Assembly (NCBI GenBank): GCA_028534125.1
Contig: CM052850.1
Location: 25,482,001-25,546,000 of the forward strand
Source of the DNA: Lama glama
Taxonomy: Eukaryota
DNA: 64,000 nucleotides
Direction of reading: 5' to 3'
Shown here: in pieces, positions 62,281 through 64,000 of the stretch
How the letters are laid out: each line of letters starts with the position of its first letter
How positions within the stretch are numbered: the first letter of the stretch is position 1
Position numbers and translations under genes: made by a program
Notes under the pieces: model-generated
What the model was told of the DNA's origin: nothing
Database searches by the model: none
Seen by the model: the letters and a program-made list of their open reading frames with translations, nothing else

Positions 62281-64000
62281 TAGAAGGCATTTGTGGAGTA
62301 AGTGAATAAAATGAGGTAACACATGGGCAGCAGGGTGGAGCTGAACTGGGTAGAGTCAAAATGTGATGCCGTGGGTGATCCTTCTGGAAGGATCAGTCTG
62401 GAACTTACCCGCAGCGTGGATGAAAGGAGATTGGCCTCCCGCCTCCCCATGTGTGGGGGACAGATGGGTGAACTCCACCCGAGAGTGTGTCACAGAGAGA
62501 TGACGCCTGCTGTCAGGGGCTGGGGGCAGGGCTGTGGATGACACACAGCCCCGGAGCAGGGGGAGGGAGGAAGGAGGAGTAGGGGGGAAGCTGGTTGGAA
62601 TCAGCAGGCAGGCGGGACCCCCTTGGTCTGGTGAGGGCTGGATGCTGGGGTAGCAGCGGAGAGCTAAGAGGAGAGTTGCAGGGTCTTTCTCAGAGGGGCT
62701 GGGGCTTGGTGGGAGCTCCTTGAGCGATCTGGGGAAGAAAGGCAGCAGGGACTCGAGCAGAGGCTTCTGGAGTGGGAATGGGCTTCACTGTCAGGTGGCC
62801 ATAGTGTGGGAAATACTGGACCAGAGAAAGCATGGGTGAGGGGTTCAGGCAGCAGATGGAGACTTGGGGGCATGGGTGTCACTCCCTCTAATGGGAGTGC
62901 GTGCCGGCCCTGCGCCCCTGGGAAGTGTGCTTCCGTGGACGCTGCCTACCCGGGCGCTGCGTGGAGGAGCCCAGCTCTGGTGGGGCCAGGGGTGAAGGCA
63001 GAGCTTTCAAAGGAGAGCACGGCCCTGGGTAGGGGAGGAAGGCCCGAGGGGCTGCGCGAGAGGCATCGTGGAAGGGAAGGCTGGCTCCTGTCTGGCCCCG
63101 GGGAAGTGGCCAGTGTGATGAGTTTGGAAACCGGAGTTTTGTGGCGCTCTGAAGGGTGTGGGAGGAGATGGTGTTCCGGGGGGCATGGGGAGGCTTCCAG
63201 ATGTGCTGCAGGGGTTTGGCTTGTGGAGGGGCGGCGGCTGGTGGGCAGCGTGTACTCTGTGTGACAAACAGGAGGTATGTGGAGACCACTTGTGCTGTTT
63301 TGGAGCTGGCAGTTTGCCTCGAGCACGGACCGCTCTGCAGTTGCTTGAGTTGCTAGCTAGCTGCTTTTTCATGGACCACCGTAAAGGAGTGACTGACGAA
63401 GTACCAGTATTTCTTCCTCAGTGGACAGAGTTAGCCGGTCGCTTCACGGAAGTCAGCTGACACTACTGCCAGTGGTTGAGTGTGAACTTCCGAATGAAAC
63501 TGGAAGTTCAGGAAGCGGGTATCTGCCCCCGGGCCTGGCAGCTTCCTGACGCCTCAGGCTTTCTCTGACGAGACCGGTGCTGGTGTTGCGAGTCCAGGTG
63601 GTTCTGCTCTGCGCGACGGGCTGGTGCGCTGGGAGACGAGCTTTCGGGGCAGGACGAGTGACTGTCCGGAGAGCCAGCCGACCAGGAGATGGGGGCTGGA
63701 GTCCCGGAGTGCCGCCTTCCCCAAGTCAGAGCTCAGGTCCCCTTTACCTAAAAGGAGGGGCGTCGCCGGCTGCTGCAGGCCTGCTGGTGTTGGAGTCCTC
63801 TGTCCTCGCACCGGCCCACGTAGGTCAGGTCAGGACATTCCTGGAGACCTCTGGCAAGAGGAAGGTTTTCTCTGTTCTGCAGCTTTTTATCTCTGTGTGG
63901 ATGGGAAGGTGTTCTCCCCTTAAAGGTCTGCGCCCTGAGATCGGGCTCTCCTGTGCATTTCAGGCCCCAGGCACCACTCCTTTACAAAAGGTGCAGAGCC

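Noticed and set aside
52600-64000. BANP coding exons, including the 249-aa (56314-57063) and 199-aa (53975-54574) ORFs
   Set aside because: No MMSE...DLADVVQIAVE-like start or BEN-domain peptide was seen, and the ORFs have random composition. The coding exons are probably beyond the window.

Overview
Mammalian genomic DNA from a GC-rich isochore, most likely a camelid: two short tRNA-Ala-derived Vic-1-type SINEs are present and I saw no Alu. It is the conserved SLC7A5-CA5A-BANP block (human 16q24 synteny). Contents: (1) SLC7A5/LAT1 coding exon 1 on the minus strand (9222-8682) with its TATA/GC-box/E-box CpG-island promoter, and intron 1 running off the left edge. (2) A complete, intact 7-exon CA5A (mitochondrial carbonic anhydrase VA) on the minus strand (44717-23303; 933 nt, 310 aa; all introns GT-AG; Zn ligands present). 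(3) A second CpG island at ~51.0-52.6 kb with a 227-nt N gap, assigned to the BANP promoter by gene order only, because no BANP coding exon was found. The rest is intronic or intergenic sequence with old L1, L2, MIR, MaLR/ERVL LTR and DNA-transposon remnants. Almost all other ORFs in the track are GC-rich chance ORFs. I found no convincing new multi-gene system. The best leads are: a LAT1 N-terminal tail lacking the lysines used for ubiquitin-dependent down-regulation in human; an in-register young/old L1 chimera; a four-copy ZNF143 array flanked by octamers; and the lack of a canonical poly(A) hexamer near the CA5A stop. Repeat subfamily names and comparisons to human or mouse sequences are from memory and need RepeatMasker or alignment confirmation.
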